Shown in pieces: positions 16,307 to 25,116 of a stretch of DNA of 64,000 bases. This DNA comes from Escherichia coli. Its GTDB lineage: Bacteria > Pseudomonadota > Gammaproteobacteria > Enterobacterales > Enterobacteriaceae. The stretch lies in the NCBI RefSeq assembly GCF_046105845.1, contig NZ_CP151004.1. One strand, 5' to 3'. The notes beneath the pieces are model-generated. The model saw only the letters and a program-made list of their open reading frames with translations. It was not told the origin of the DNA and ran no database searches. The translations under genes and the position numbers were made by a program. The first letter of the stretch is position 1. Each line of letters begins with the position of its first letter.

Positions 16307-16311
16307 TTCAA

Positions 16312-18294
16312 TTAACGGCTCTGCTTTCTCAACAAATAGATAAAATATGGCGCGCCGATAAAGGTCGACAGCAGCCCCGCTGGGATCTGGAATGGAAACA
16401 GCACCATCCGCCCACACCAGTCAGCGAACACCAGCAGTAAACCACCCACCAGCGCCGAAATTACGATGTGTGGCATCGTCCGTCGAAAGCCCATCATCCG
16501 CGCAATATGCGGTGCCATTAAACCAACAAAACTCAACGGTCCAATAGTCATCGTCGCGGTCGCCGTCAGGCAAGCCGCTAATAGCAGCAGCGCAATTCGC
16601 GTCGGCGTCAGCGCCATTCCTACGGCTCGTGCGGTATCACCGCCCAGCGGTAAAATGGTCAGCCAGCGGCGGCACAGCGGGGTAATCGCCAGCAAAATTA
16701 CCATCGCAATTCCCGTGCGCCAGACCTGCGCATCGGTCGCGTTGTAGGTCGAACCGGAAATCCAAGTCAGAACTTGCGCCATTCGCGGGTCACCACTTGC
16801 CTGCAACATCATCAAAAGCATGGTGAACGCGGTACTTAACGCCATCCCCGCCAGTAGCATGCGGTGTGGGGAAAATCCACCGCGGCCGGCGGCGATCATA
16901 ATGATCAACAGCGTCACCGCCGCCCCGAGACTACCCGCAGGTAACAGCCAGCCAAAGGCATTACCCGGCACCAGAAACAGCATCAACACCACGCCAAACG
17001 CCGCGCCGGAGCTAATCCCCAGCACTTCCGGGCTTGCCATCGGGTTGCCGGTCAGCCGCTGAATAATACAGCCCGCCACCGCCAGCATGACTCCCGCAAA
17101 CAGCGCCGCCATAATTCGCGGCCAGCGCCAGGGCATTAAATCCTCGAGCAACGCCCCGCTCGCCCACGTCCAGCCGTGCGCATCACGGCCAAACGACAGC
17201 GCCACCACCACTGCCATCAACAGCAGCACGCCGCCCGCGAGGGCAAACGCCAGCACATGTTGGCGTTCAGCAGCGACACGATCGTTCACCTTCATATCCG
17301 GCGCGCTAATGCTGCGTAAACGCGGCAGCAGCCAAAGTAGCAGCGGCGCACCTATCAACGCAGTGACCGAACCGGTAGAAACTTCCATCCACACGCGAGT
17401 CAGCCAGAGGATGATTTGATCAGAAAGCCACAGAATTAACGCCCCAATCAGCGACGCCAGCATCAATCGTGGCAACAAACGCCGCGCCCCCAGCATTTTT
17501 GCCAGCAGTGGCGCGAACAACCCGATAAAGCCGATAATCCCCACCGCATTCACCAGCAGCGCACTGATGACTATCGCCAGCGTCAGCGCCGCCAGACGCG
17601 CGAGCGACAAGGCCAGCCCGAGATTGCGCGCCACGCCATCATCAAGCCCCATCAGGGTTAACGGGCGAAGTAGCAATAACGTCAGCATCACGCCGCCCAG
17701 CAGCTGCGGCCATAAACGCTCAACGCCGCCCCAGTCGGTTTGCGTCAGCGTTCCGGTGCTCCACAGAAACATGCTTTGCAGTTGGTCATGATGGAAGATA
17801 ACCAGTAACTGATTGATTGCACCGCAATAAAGGCTCACTACCAGCCCCGCGAGAATCAGCGTTACCGGCGACAGCCGTTTCCCCCACGCGACGCCAAAGA
17901 CAATTAAGCCAACCACACAAGCCCCTGCCAGTGCAGCAAACTGGCTCGCCATAGCACCTGGGATCGCCCAGAGCGTGGTGACGGTAATCCCCAGTTGCGC
18001 GCCTGTAGCAACGCCCAGCGTCGTCGGTTCCGCCAGCGGGTTACGCAGCACTTGCTGAAACAGCACGCCCACCAGCCCCAGGCCCGCGCCCACCAGCAGC
18101 GAAATCGCCAGACGCGGCAGCAAGCTGTAGTGAAAAATCATCTGCTCGATGACATCGATATCCGGCGACCAGGCAGCCTGCGCCCACTGGCTACGCGGCA
18201 GCGCTTGCGAAAAGTTCATCCAGGTGAGCGCCGCTGCGACAATCACCAGCAGCGCCAGCAATAACGCCGGGAAAAGCGCAATTCGTTTACTCAC
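16312..18294 (-). CDS. fhuB: Ferric hydroxamate ABC transporter permease
   Basis: 660-aa ORF MSKRIALFPALLLALLVIVAAALTWMNFSQALPRSQWAQAAWSPDIDVIEQ...; duplicated FecCD-type permease halves. Confidence 0.96.
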   Translation of the reverse strand: MSKRIALFPALLLALLVIVAAALTWMNFSQALPRSQWAQAAWSPDIDVIEQMIFHYSLLPRLAISLLVGAGLGLVGVLFQQVLRNPLAEPTTLGVATGAQLGITVTTLWAIPGAMASQFAALAGACVVGLIVFGVAWGKRLSPVTLILAGLVVSLYCGAINQLLVIFHHDQLQSMFLWSTGTLTQTDWGGVERLWPQLLGGVMLTLLLLRPLTLMGLDDGVARNLGLALSLARLAALTLAIVISALLVNAVGIIGFIGLFAPLLAKMLGARRLLPRLMLASLIGALILWLSDQIILWLTRVWMEVSTGSVTALIGAPLLLWLLPRLRSISAPDMKVNDRVAAERQHVLAFALAGGVLLLMAVVVALSFGRDAHGWTWASGALLEDLMPWRWPRIMAALFAGVMLAVAGCIIQRLTGNPMASPEVLGISSGAAFGVVLMLFLVPGNAFGWLLPAGSLGAAVTLLIIMIAAGRGGFSPHRMLLAGMALSTAFTMLLMMLQASGDPRMAQVLTWISGSTYNATDAQVWRTGIAMVILLAITPLCRRWLTILPLGGDTARAVGMALTPTRIALLLLAACLTATATMTIGPLSFVGLMAPHIARMMGFRRTMPHIVISALVGGLLLVFADWCGRMVLFPFQIPAGLLSTFIGAPYFIYLLRKQSR

Positions 18295-19181
18295 GCTTTA
18301 CCTCCGATGGCGTTATCCAGAATACGCACAAAGTGCATTGCCGAAAGCGTCGCGCCATAGAACCAGACCGCCGGAACGCGCTGAAAGCGTCCGGCGCGGA
18401 CAAACGGCATGGCCTGCCACAGCGGCGTCGCCATTAGGGCGTCCATGTCTTTGCTGTTGTCGTGATCAAAACAGAGCACATCAACGTCTTTATACGCCGC
18501 CAGACGATCGATACTGACGGCGGTACTGCCCCAGAAGTTGGTTTCCCCTTGCCAGGCATTTGGGATGCCGTACTCATCAAGAATTTCCTGGAACAAGCTG
18601 TTTGGACCGAAGACCAGCATATGGCGCGGATCGATAAGTGTCGTCAGTAATAACGGACGCGCACCACGCTTCACAAAGCGGGGTTTCATGCTGCGGATAA
18701 AGTCTTCATAGTGCGCTAAATGCGTTTCTGCTGCGCTTTGCAGGTTAAGTAAATCTGCCATTTCCGTCAGTGATTTACGCGCCATCGCCAGCGGCTGTTT
18801 GCCGTCGCTGAAGTTAAATCCGCGCCCCGGCGCAATACGTGCCAGCATTTCTGGTGAAGGGCCATATCCTGCCGACCAGACCATAAACGACGGTTTCATT
18901 TCGGTCAGCAGTTCAAGGTTAGGTTCTGTACGCAAACCAACGTCAATCACTGAGTCCGGCAATGGTGGTTCGCTGACCCACAGGCGATAGTTGATGGTGT
19001 CCGCCACGCCGTAAGGCACGATGCCGAGCGCCAGCAGTAATTCCACCGGCAACCACTCCAGCGCCACAATACGATTGGGATCAATAGCCGCCGCGTGGGC
19101 GGTATTCATCTGCCATAACAACGGAGAAAGCGCCATCGCCGTTAACAGTCGGCGGCGCGAAATAAGAGGTAAGCCGCTCAT
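18291..19181 (-). CDS. fhuD: Ferric hydroxamate periplasmic binding protein
   Basis: ORF 18291-19184 (-); start taken at MSGLPLISRRRLLTAMALSPLLWQMNTAHA (296 aa); 4-bp overlap with fhuB start. Confidence 0.93.
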   Translation of the reverse strand: MSGLPLISRRRLLTAMALSPLLWQMNTAHAAAIDPNRIVALEWLPVELLLALGIVPYGVADTINYRLWVSEPPLPDSVIDVGLRTEPNLELLTEMKPSFMVWSAGYGPSPEMLARIAPGRGFNFSDGKQPLAMARKSLTEMADLLNLQSAAETHLAHYEDFIRSMKPRFVKRGARPLLLTTLIDPRHMLVFGPNSLFQEILDEYGIPNAWQGETNFWGSTAVSIDRLAAYKDVDVLCFDHDNSKDMDALMATPLWQAMPFVRAGRFQRVPAVWFYGATLSAMHFVRILDNAIGGKA

Positions 19182-19978
19182 CAATAAACAAAACTCACAG
19201 GTGCAGCACCCGCCGGATGCGGCAGAATACCCATCGGGATGCCATAAATCATTTCGAGGGTTTCGCCGCGCATAATTTCCGCAGGCGTTCCCTGAGCAAT
19301 CATTTCACCGCCGCGCAGGGCGACCAGATAATCACAGTAGCGCGCCGCCATATTAATATCGTGCAGCACGGCAATGACCGTCAGACCACGTTCCTGACTT
19401 AAACGATGCACCAGCGCCAGCACGTCAACCTGGTGGGCGATATCCAGCGCCGAGGTCGGTTCGTCGAGCAACAGACAACGGCTATCCTGCGCCACCAGCA
19501 TAGCGATCCACGCCCGCTGACGTTCGCCGCCAGAGAGACTATCGACCAGCCGATGCGCCAGCGGTTTTAAGCCAACCAGCGAAATCGCCTCTTCGACCTT
19601 TTCGCGATCTGCCGCACCAAAGCGCCCCAGTGCGCCATGCCACGGGTAACGACCAATCGCCACCAGTTCACGCACGGTCATCCCTTCTGCCGGAGGAAGC
19701 TGCTGCGGCAAATAAGCCACTTTGCGGGCGAACGCTTTGCTGCTCCAGCTTTCCAGCGGCTGGGCATCAAGAAGAATTTCGCCTTCCGACGGTGGCTGAT
19801 GACGGCCAAGCATTTTGAGCAGAGTGGATTTACCAGAACCGTTGTGACCAATCAGACCAGTCACTTTCCCGGCAGGAAAGGTTAACGACAGCGGATGCAA
19901 AAGCGTGCGCCCTGGCACACGAAAGGAGATATTACGCAGTGCAAAAGTGGTATCGGAATGATTCGTGTATTCCTGCAT
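19181..19978 (-). CDS. fhuC: Ferric hydroxamate ABC transporter ATP-binding protein
   Basis: ORF 19181-20020 (-); start taken at MQEYTNHSDTTFALRNISFRVPGRTLL (265 aa); Walker A GHNGSGKST; 1-bp overlap with fhuD. Confidence 0.93.
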   Translation of the reverse strand: MQEYTNHSDTTFALRNISFRVPGRTLLHPLSLTFPAGKVTGLIGHNGSGKSTLLKMLGRHQPPSEGEILLDAQPLESWSSKAFARKVAYLPQQLPPAEGMTVRELVAIGRYPWHGALGRFGAADREKVEEAISLVGLKPLAHRLVDSLSGGERQRAWIAMLVAQDSRCLLLDEPTSALDIAHQVDVLALVHRLSQERGLTVIAVLHDINMAARYCDYLVALRGGEMIAQGTPAEIMRGETLEMIYGIPMGILPHPAGAAPVSFVY

Positions 19979-20028
19979 AACAGCCAACTTGTGAAACGGG
20001 CACGGAAATCCGTGCCCCAAAAGAGAAA

Positions 20029-22272
20029 TTAGAAGCGGAAGGTTGCGGTTGCAACGACCTGACGTTCTGCGCCCCAGAAGCAGCCATAGGTGTTAAAGCA
20101 GCTGGCGACGTATTCACGATCGAACAGGTTGTTGACATGCAGCGCCACGTTGGAGCCAGCCATGCCGACTCGCGCCAGATCATAACGCACTAACGCATCC
20201 ACGACCGTATAACTTCCCACTTTAAAGGAGTTAGCCGGATCACCATAGCTGGAGCCAGTATAACGACCACCGGTGCCCAGCGTCAGACCTGAAAGCGGAC
20301 CGTCAAAGAAGGTATAGTCAGCCCACAGCGAAGCCATGTGTTTTGGCACCTGTGCAGGCGTATTGCCTTTATAGGTAGTGTCGGTGGTGTATTCCGCATC
20401 GGTGTAAGTATAAGAACCGACTACGTTAACACTCGCCGACAGCGCCGCTTTCGCTTCGATTTCTACGCCACGAGCGCGGATCTCGCCACCTTCAACCGAG
20501 AAGAAGGAACCCTCAGGGTCCGCCATCAGGTTGTTGGTTTTAGTGAGATTATACACGGCACCAGTAACCACAATTGGACGATCTTCCGGTACATATTTCA
20601 CGCCGACTTCATACTGCTTACCTTTAGACGGTGCGAAAATATTACCATCCTTCCCAACTTGCGAAGAAGGTTCAAACGATTCGCTATAGCTGAAGTAAGG
20701 TGTTACACCATTATCAAACAGGTAGTTAACACCACCACGCCAGGTAAACTGTTTGTCATCACGTTTATCGGTCGTTCCCGCTACGCGGTTAAGAGATTCT
20801 TGATCTGCCCAGTCGTAACGACCGCCCAGGGTGACCAGCACTTTATCCCACTGCGCCTGATCCTGAACATAAACGCCCGTTTGCTTCTGCTTATTCAGAA
20901 TGCGGTACGGACCGGAGTTATCCGGGTCTTTCGCATTGAAGTCGAAATCGGTATTCACCGGATTGTACAGATCGAGCAGCGGTACGGAGTCGTCGTAACC
21001 AAACCAGGCGTTGATGTCATTACGCATACGCATAAAGTCGACACCGGTCAGCAGGGTGTGGTCGATATCGCCAGTGGCAAACTTGCTCTGCAACTGGGTA
21101 TCAACGGAGAAGTTTTGCAGCTTCTCATCATCAACGACGTATTTACGTGCCAGGTAGTGACCTTTATCGGCTGGCGCTAAAGCGGCACACTGTTTGCTGT
21201 AAGCATTCGCCGGATCGGAGCAGACGCCGTAACCATAAACGCTGTTTTGCGAGGTTTTGTTTTCAGCAAAGCGCAGGTTCTGACGCACAGTAAAGGTGTC
21301 GTTAAATTCGTGATCGAAGCTATAGCCCACCATCTTCTCATTACGAGAATAGGTGTTGTTCTTCGCCCCTTCGTTAAAATCTGTCGGCAGACGCTTACCG
21401 TTCGGCAGCGGCTCAACGGTACCCTCTTTCGGCAACCAGCCGTAATAACCGGTTTCCGGCTCGTTCTGGAAGTAAGAAAGGAAGGTGAAATTGGTTTTAT
21501 CATCCGGACGCCAGGTGAACGCCGGTGCAATAGCATAACGCTGCTCTTCTGAGCCTTTCTGCTGGGCATTGGCAGAACGCGCAAGACCGGTCAGGCGATA
21601 AGAGTAAACACCGTCATCATCCAACGCATCGCTAAAGTCAAAACCAGTCTGGAACAGGCTGTCAGTACCGGCTTTAAACTGAACTTCTTTCAGCGGTTCA
21701 GTAGTCGGACGCTTGCTGACCATATTCAACAGACCGCCAGGACTGCTTTTACCGTAAAGCACGGAAACCGGGCCACGCATAATTTCAGCGCGTTCCAGCA
21801 TATACGGGTCAATGACCGCATCGTTATAGAAGTTGCCCTGCAACTTCAGGCCATTCAGATAGTTATTCTGGCTTTGGCCTTCTGCCGCAAAGCCGCGAAT
21901 GATCAGGTGGTCATAGGTGTTGGATGCGCCACGCGTACCAACAGAGACACCCGGCGTGTAGCTAAGCGCTTCTTTTACCGACTTCGGCTGATGCAGCGCC
22001 ATCTCTTCGGCGGTCACAACAGAAATAGACTGTGGCACTTTTTGAATCGGCGTATCGGTTTTAGTGCCGGTAGCTGACTGTCGCGCCGCAATAGTTGCAG
22101 CCGGCCCCCATGCGCTTTCTTGCGGCGCAGGTGCAGCGGTAACGGTGATAGTGTCTTCTTTCGGTTCAACCGCTGCCTGTGCATAAACAGACATGCCGCT
22201 AACCGCTGTGGCTACTACAACTGCGATTTTACGCAGTGAATGTTTTGGCTGAGCAGTTTTGGAACGCGCCAT
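20029..22272 (-). CDS. fhuA: Ferrichrome outer membrane transporter (TonB-dependent receptor)
   Basis: 747-aa ORF MARSKTAQPKHSLRKIAVVVATAVSGMSVYAQAAVEPKEDTITV...; terminal ...ATATFRF. Confidence 0.97.
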   Translation of the reverse strand: MARSKTAQPKHSLRKIAVVVATAVSGMSVYAQAAVEPKEDTITVTAAPAPQESAWGPAATIAARQSATGTKTDTPIQKVPQSISVVTAEEMALHQPKSVKEALSYTPGVSVGTRGASNTYDHLIIRGFAAEGQSQNNYLNGLKLQGNFYNDAVIDPYMLERAEIMRGPVSVLYGKSSPGGLLNMVSKRPTTEPLKEVQFKAGTDSLFQTGFDFSDALDDDGVYSYRLTGLARSANAQQKGSEEQRYAIAPAFTWRPDDKTNFTFLSYFQNEPETGYYGWLPKEGTVEPLPNGKRLPTDFNEGAKNNTYSRNEKMVGYSFDHEFNDTFTVRQNLRFAENKTSQNSVYGYGVCSDPANAYSKQCAALAPADKGHYLARKYVVDDEKLQNFSVDTQLQSKFATGDIDHTLLTGVDFMRMRNDINAWFGYDDSVPLLDLYNPVNTDFDFNAKDPDNSGPYRILNKQKQTGVYVQDQAQWDKVLVTLGGRYDWADQESLNRVAGTTDKRDDKQFTWRGGVNYLFDNGVTPYFSYSESFEPSSQVGKDGNIFAPSKGKQYEVGVKYVPEDRPIVVTGAVYNLTKTNNLMADPEGSFFSVEGGEIRARGVEIEAKAALSASVNVVGSYTYTDAEYTTDTTYKGNTPAQVPKHMASLWADYTFFDGPLSGLTLGTGGRYTGSSYGDPANSFKVGSYTVVDALVRYDLARVGMAGSNVALHVNNLFDREYVASCFNTYGCFWGAERQVVATATFRF

Positions 22273-22294
22273 TGGTATATCTCTGATGTAAAGT

Positions 22295-22345
22295 GAATGA
22301 TAACGTAAACGAGAATGATTATTATAAAGATAAGATAATATTCGA
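22295..22345 (-). promoter_or_regulatory. fhuA promoter with Fur box
   Basis: AT-rich segment just upstream of fhuA; - strand reads ...CTTATCTTTATAATAATCATTCTCGTTTACGTTATCATTC..., containing GATAAT/ATCATT hexamer repeats typical of Fur sites. Confidence 0.65.
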
Positions 22346-22491
22346 AACGCTGGCGGGTTCGCAAGCGGTACGCAATCTGAGCGTTCCTGAAGGGTTAATA
22401 AACAACCAGATGAAAAGAAAGGGTTAATACTTTAGGTGGGATGTTATTTTACCGGATGGCAACTCGCCATCCGGTATGTCACGCTTAGACG

Positions 22492-25023
22492 TTAATTACT
22501 ACCAAACATATCCTTGATCCAACCGGCTACACCGTCGCTGTCTTTCTGCTCTTGCTGAGCAGGTTGCTGTTGCGGCTGTTGCTGCGGCTGAGAAGACTGA
22601 TCAAACGGATTGCCTGACGGTTGCTGCTGCATCTCACTCTGCTGGCACAGCGATTGCGGATCGCTGGTCCAGACCGGCAAGACACGCATGCCACCGCTGC
22701 AAACAAAGTTGCCGTCGTAGTCCACGCCCATATCTGCAATATCTTCTGGCGGAACAAGATTCAGCGGTGTTGGCGTCTGGTTAGCCAGATAACGCTGATA
22801 AATCGACATTGCCCCGCTGGCTCCATACAGTTTGGTCGGTTGGTTGTTATCACGGCCTACCCAGGTGATGGTCACCGTGCTGCCGTCAATGCCCGCAAAC
22901 CAGGTATCTACGTTATTGTTGGTAGTCCCTGTTTTCCCTGCCAGATGCAGGTTCGGGTATTTCGCCCCAAGCTGACGACCCGTACCGCGTTGTACAACCT
23001 GCTGCATGGTCCATAGTGTCAGATACGCCGCCTGCGCCGGAACAGCGCGTTCCGCCTGCGGGAAGCTCTGATACAGCACTTTGCCATCTTCCGCGATTAC
23101 CGAACGCAGCGCAGAAAGCGGTGCACGGTTACCACCGCTGGCGATGGTCTGGAATGCCTGCGCCACTTCGATTGGCGTTAAGTTCAACGCCCCCAGCAGC
23201 ATTGCCGGAACCGGATGCAGCTGATCTTTCGGTACGCCCAGTTTGATCCAGGTCTCCGTAACCGCAGGCAGCCCCAGCGCCATCCCCAGATTTACCGTCG
23301 GCACGTTCATCGAACGGGTCAACGCATCCACCAGCATCACTCTGCCGCTTTCGCTATAACGACGGTCATCGTTCTGCGGTGACCAGACCTGGCCATTCGG
23401 CTGACGTAGCGCGATTGGCGCATCCGCAATCCACGTGTTCAGGCGATAGATTTTCGGCTGGCTTAAGGCCGTCAGATAAGTCGCTGGTTTTGCAAGAGAA
23501 CCAATCGAACGACGCGCCTGCATCGCACGGTTGTAGCCCGCAAACTGCGGCTCAGAACCACCGACCATCGCACGAACTTCACCACTAAAGCGGTCGACGA
23601 CCACAATCGCAGTTTCAAGATCGCTCAGCTTACGCTGTTTCTTCAGTGCCGGAATGCCTTCCACGGCGGCTTTTTCTGCCGCGTCCTGTGCCACCGAGTC
23701 AAATGTAGTGAAGATCTTCACGCCGGAGAGATCTTTTACCTTATCGCCCAGTTTTGCCTGCAGCTCCTGACGCACCAGTTGCATAAAGGCTGGCTGAGGA
23801 GAGATCACCCCACCGCGCGGCTGAACACCCAGCGGACGTGCACTCAACATGTCATAGAGTTCTTGATCAATAATCTGTTGCTGTTGCAGCAAACGTAGCA
23901 CCAGGTTACGTCGCTCCAGCGCCAGTTTCGGGTTACGCCACGGGTTGTAGATGGACGCCCCTTTCACCATACCCACCAACAGCGCCTGCTGATCGAGGCT
24001 CAATTCTTCTACCGGACGACCAAAGTAATACAAGCTCGCCAGCGGGAAGCCGCGGATTTCGTTGTCGCCGCTCTGACCGAGATACACCTCGTTCATATAC
24101 AGCTCAAGAATACGGTCTTTGCTGTAACGCGCGTCCATGATCAGCGCCATGTAAGCTTCGTTCGCTTTACGCCAGTAAGAGCGCTCGCTGGAGAGGAACA
24201 GGTTTTTCACCAGCTGTTGCGTCAGCGTACTCGCACCCTGCACCGTGCGTCCGGCGGTCAGGTTTGCCAGCACCGCACGTCCGATGGAGTAGAGACTGAT
24301 CCCATCATGCTCGTAGAAATGGCGGTCTTCTGTCGCCAGCAAAGTATCCACCAGCAAATCAGGGAAACCACTGCGCGGCACAAACAGACGTTGCTCACCG
24401 TTTGGCGAGGAGATCATGGTGATCAGGCGCGGATCAAGACGGAAGAAACCAAACTGACGGTTGTTCTCCATATTGACGATGGTCGCCAGATGATCGCCAT
24501 CAAAGGTCAGACGCGCACGCACCTGCCCTTCTTTACTGTCCGGGAAATCAAACGGACGGCGGATCATCTCAATGCTGTTGGCCTGCACGGTAAATTCGCC
24601 AGGACGGGTCATTTTCGACACCTGACGATACTGGGTCGCCTCCAGCAGCTTCACCATCTCGTTCTTGCTGATGGTCATGTCTGGCTCAAGGTTGACCATC
24701 CGGCCATAAACTGCCGCGGGCAGTTGCCAGACCTTACCATCAATACGGCTGCGAATTTTTTGATCGAGATAAACGCCGTAAATGGCGATCAGCACGGCAA
24801 AAACGATAGCCAGTTTTAGCAGCAGCCATAGCCAGCCGCGTTTGCCACGAGGCTTACGCCCTTTGCCTTTGCCCTTACCTTTGCGTGGCATCGGTTCTTC
24901 ATCCTCATAGTCATCATAATCGTCGTAATCGTCATCTTCGTAACGACGACGGCTTACCTTTTGTTTGACCGGACGCGTCGGTTTCCCTTTGCGTCCAATT
25001 GGCTCGCGGTCATTCCCGGCCAT
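22492..25023 (-). CDS. mrcB: Penicillin-binding protein 1B (bifunctional glycosyltransferase/transpeptidase)
   Basis: ORF 22492-25038 (-); start taken at [23 protein letters not shown] (843 aa); acidic [14 protein letters not shown] and KGKGKGKG tracts then transmembrane helix. Confidence 0.95.
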   Translation of the reverse strand: MAGNDREPIGRKGKPTRPVKQKVSRRRYEDDDYDDYDDYEDEEPMPRKGKGKGKGRKPRGKRGWLWLLLKLAIVFAVLIAIYGVYLDQKIRSRIDGKVWQLPAAVYGRMVNLEPDMTISKNEMVKLLEATQYRQVSKMTRPGEFTVQANSIEMIRRPFDFPDSKEGQVRARLTFDGDHLATIVNMENNRQFGFFRLDPRLITMISSPNGEQRLFVPRSGFPDLLVDTLLATEDRHFYEHDGISLYSIGRAVLANLTAGRTVQGASTLTQQLVKNLFLSSERSYWRKANEAYMALIMDARYSKDRILELYMNEVYLGQSGDNEIRGFPLASLYYFGRPVEELSLDQQALLVGMVKGASIYNPWRNPKLALERRNLVLRLLQQQQIIDQELYDMLSARPLGVQPRGGVISPQPAFMQLVRQELQAKLGDKVKDLSGVKIFTTFDSVAQDAAEKAAVEGIPALKKQRKLSDLETAIVVVDRFSGEVRAMVGGSEPQFAGYNRAMQARRSIGSLAKPATYLTALSQPKIYRLNTWIADAPIALRQPNGQVWSPQNDDRRYSESGRVMLVDALTRSMNVPTVNLGMALGLPAVTETWIKLGVPKDQLHPVPAMLLGALNLTPIEVAQAFQTIASGGNRAPLSALRSVIAEDGKVLYQSFPQAERAVPAQAAYLTLWTMQQVVQRGTGRQLGAKYPNLHLAGKTGTTNNNVDTWFAGIDGSTVTITWVGRDNNQPTKLYGASGAMSIYQRYLANQTPTPLNLVPPEDIADMGVDYDGNFVCSGGMRVLPVWTSDPQSLCQQSEMQQQPSGNPFDQSSQPQQQPQQQPAQQEQKDSDGVAGWIKDMFGSN

Positions 25024-25116
25024 GCTTTTTCTCCGCAATATTCAGGCGCAAAAGCCCGATTTTCTGTTCTTCTGTTGCAAGACAGAAGAAGATATCTCTC
25101 AAATTTGCTTTGGTCT

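Noticed and set aside
20338-21180. 280-aa + strand ORF inside fhuA
   Set aside because: Antisense to fhuA, no ribosome-binding site, low-complexity translation.
22441-22480. Hairpin accggatggc / gccatccggt after mrcB as a terminator
   Set aside because: No U-tract on either strand in the correct position; more likely a REP-like palindrome than an intrinsic terminator, so not listed as a feature.
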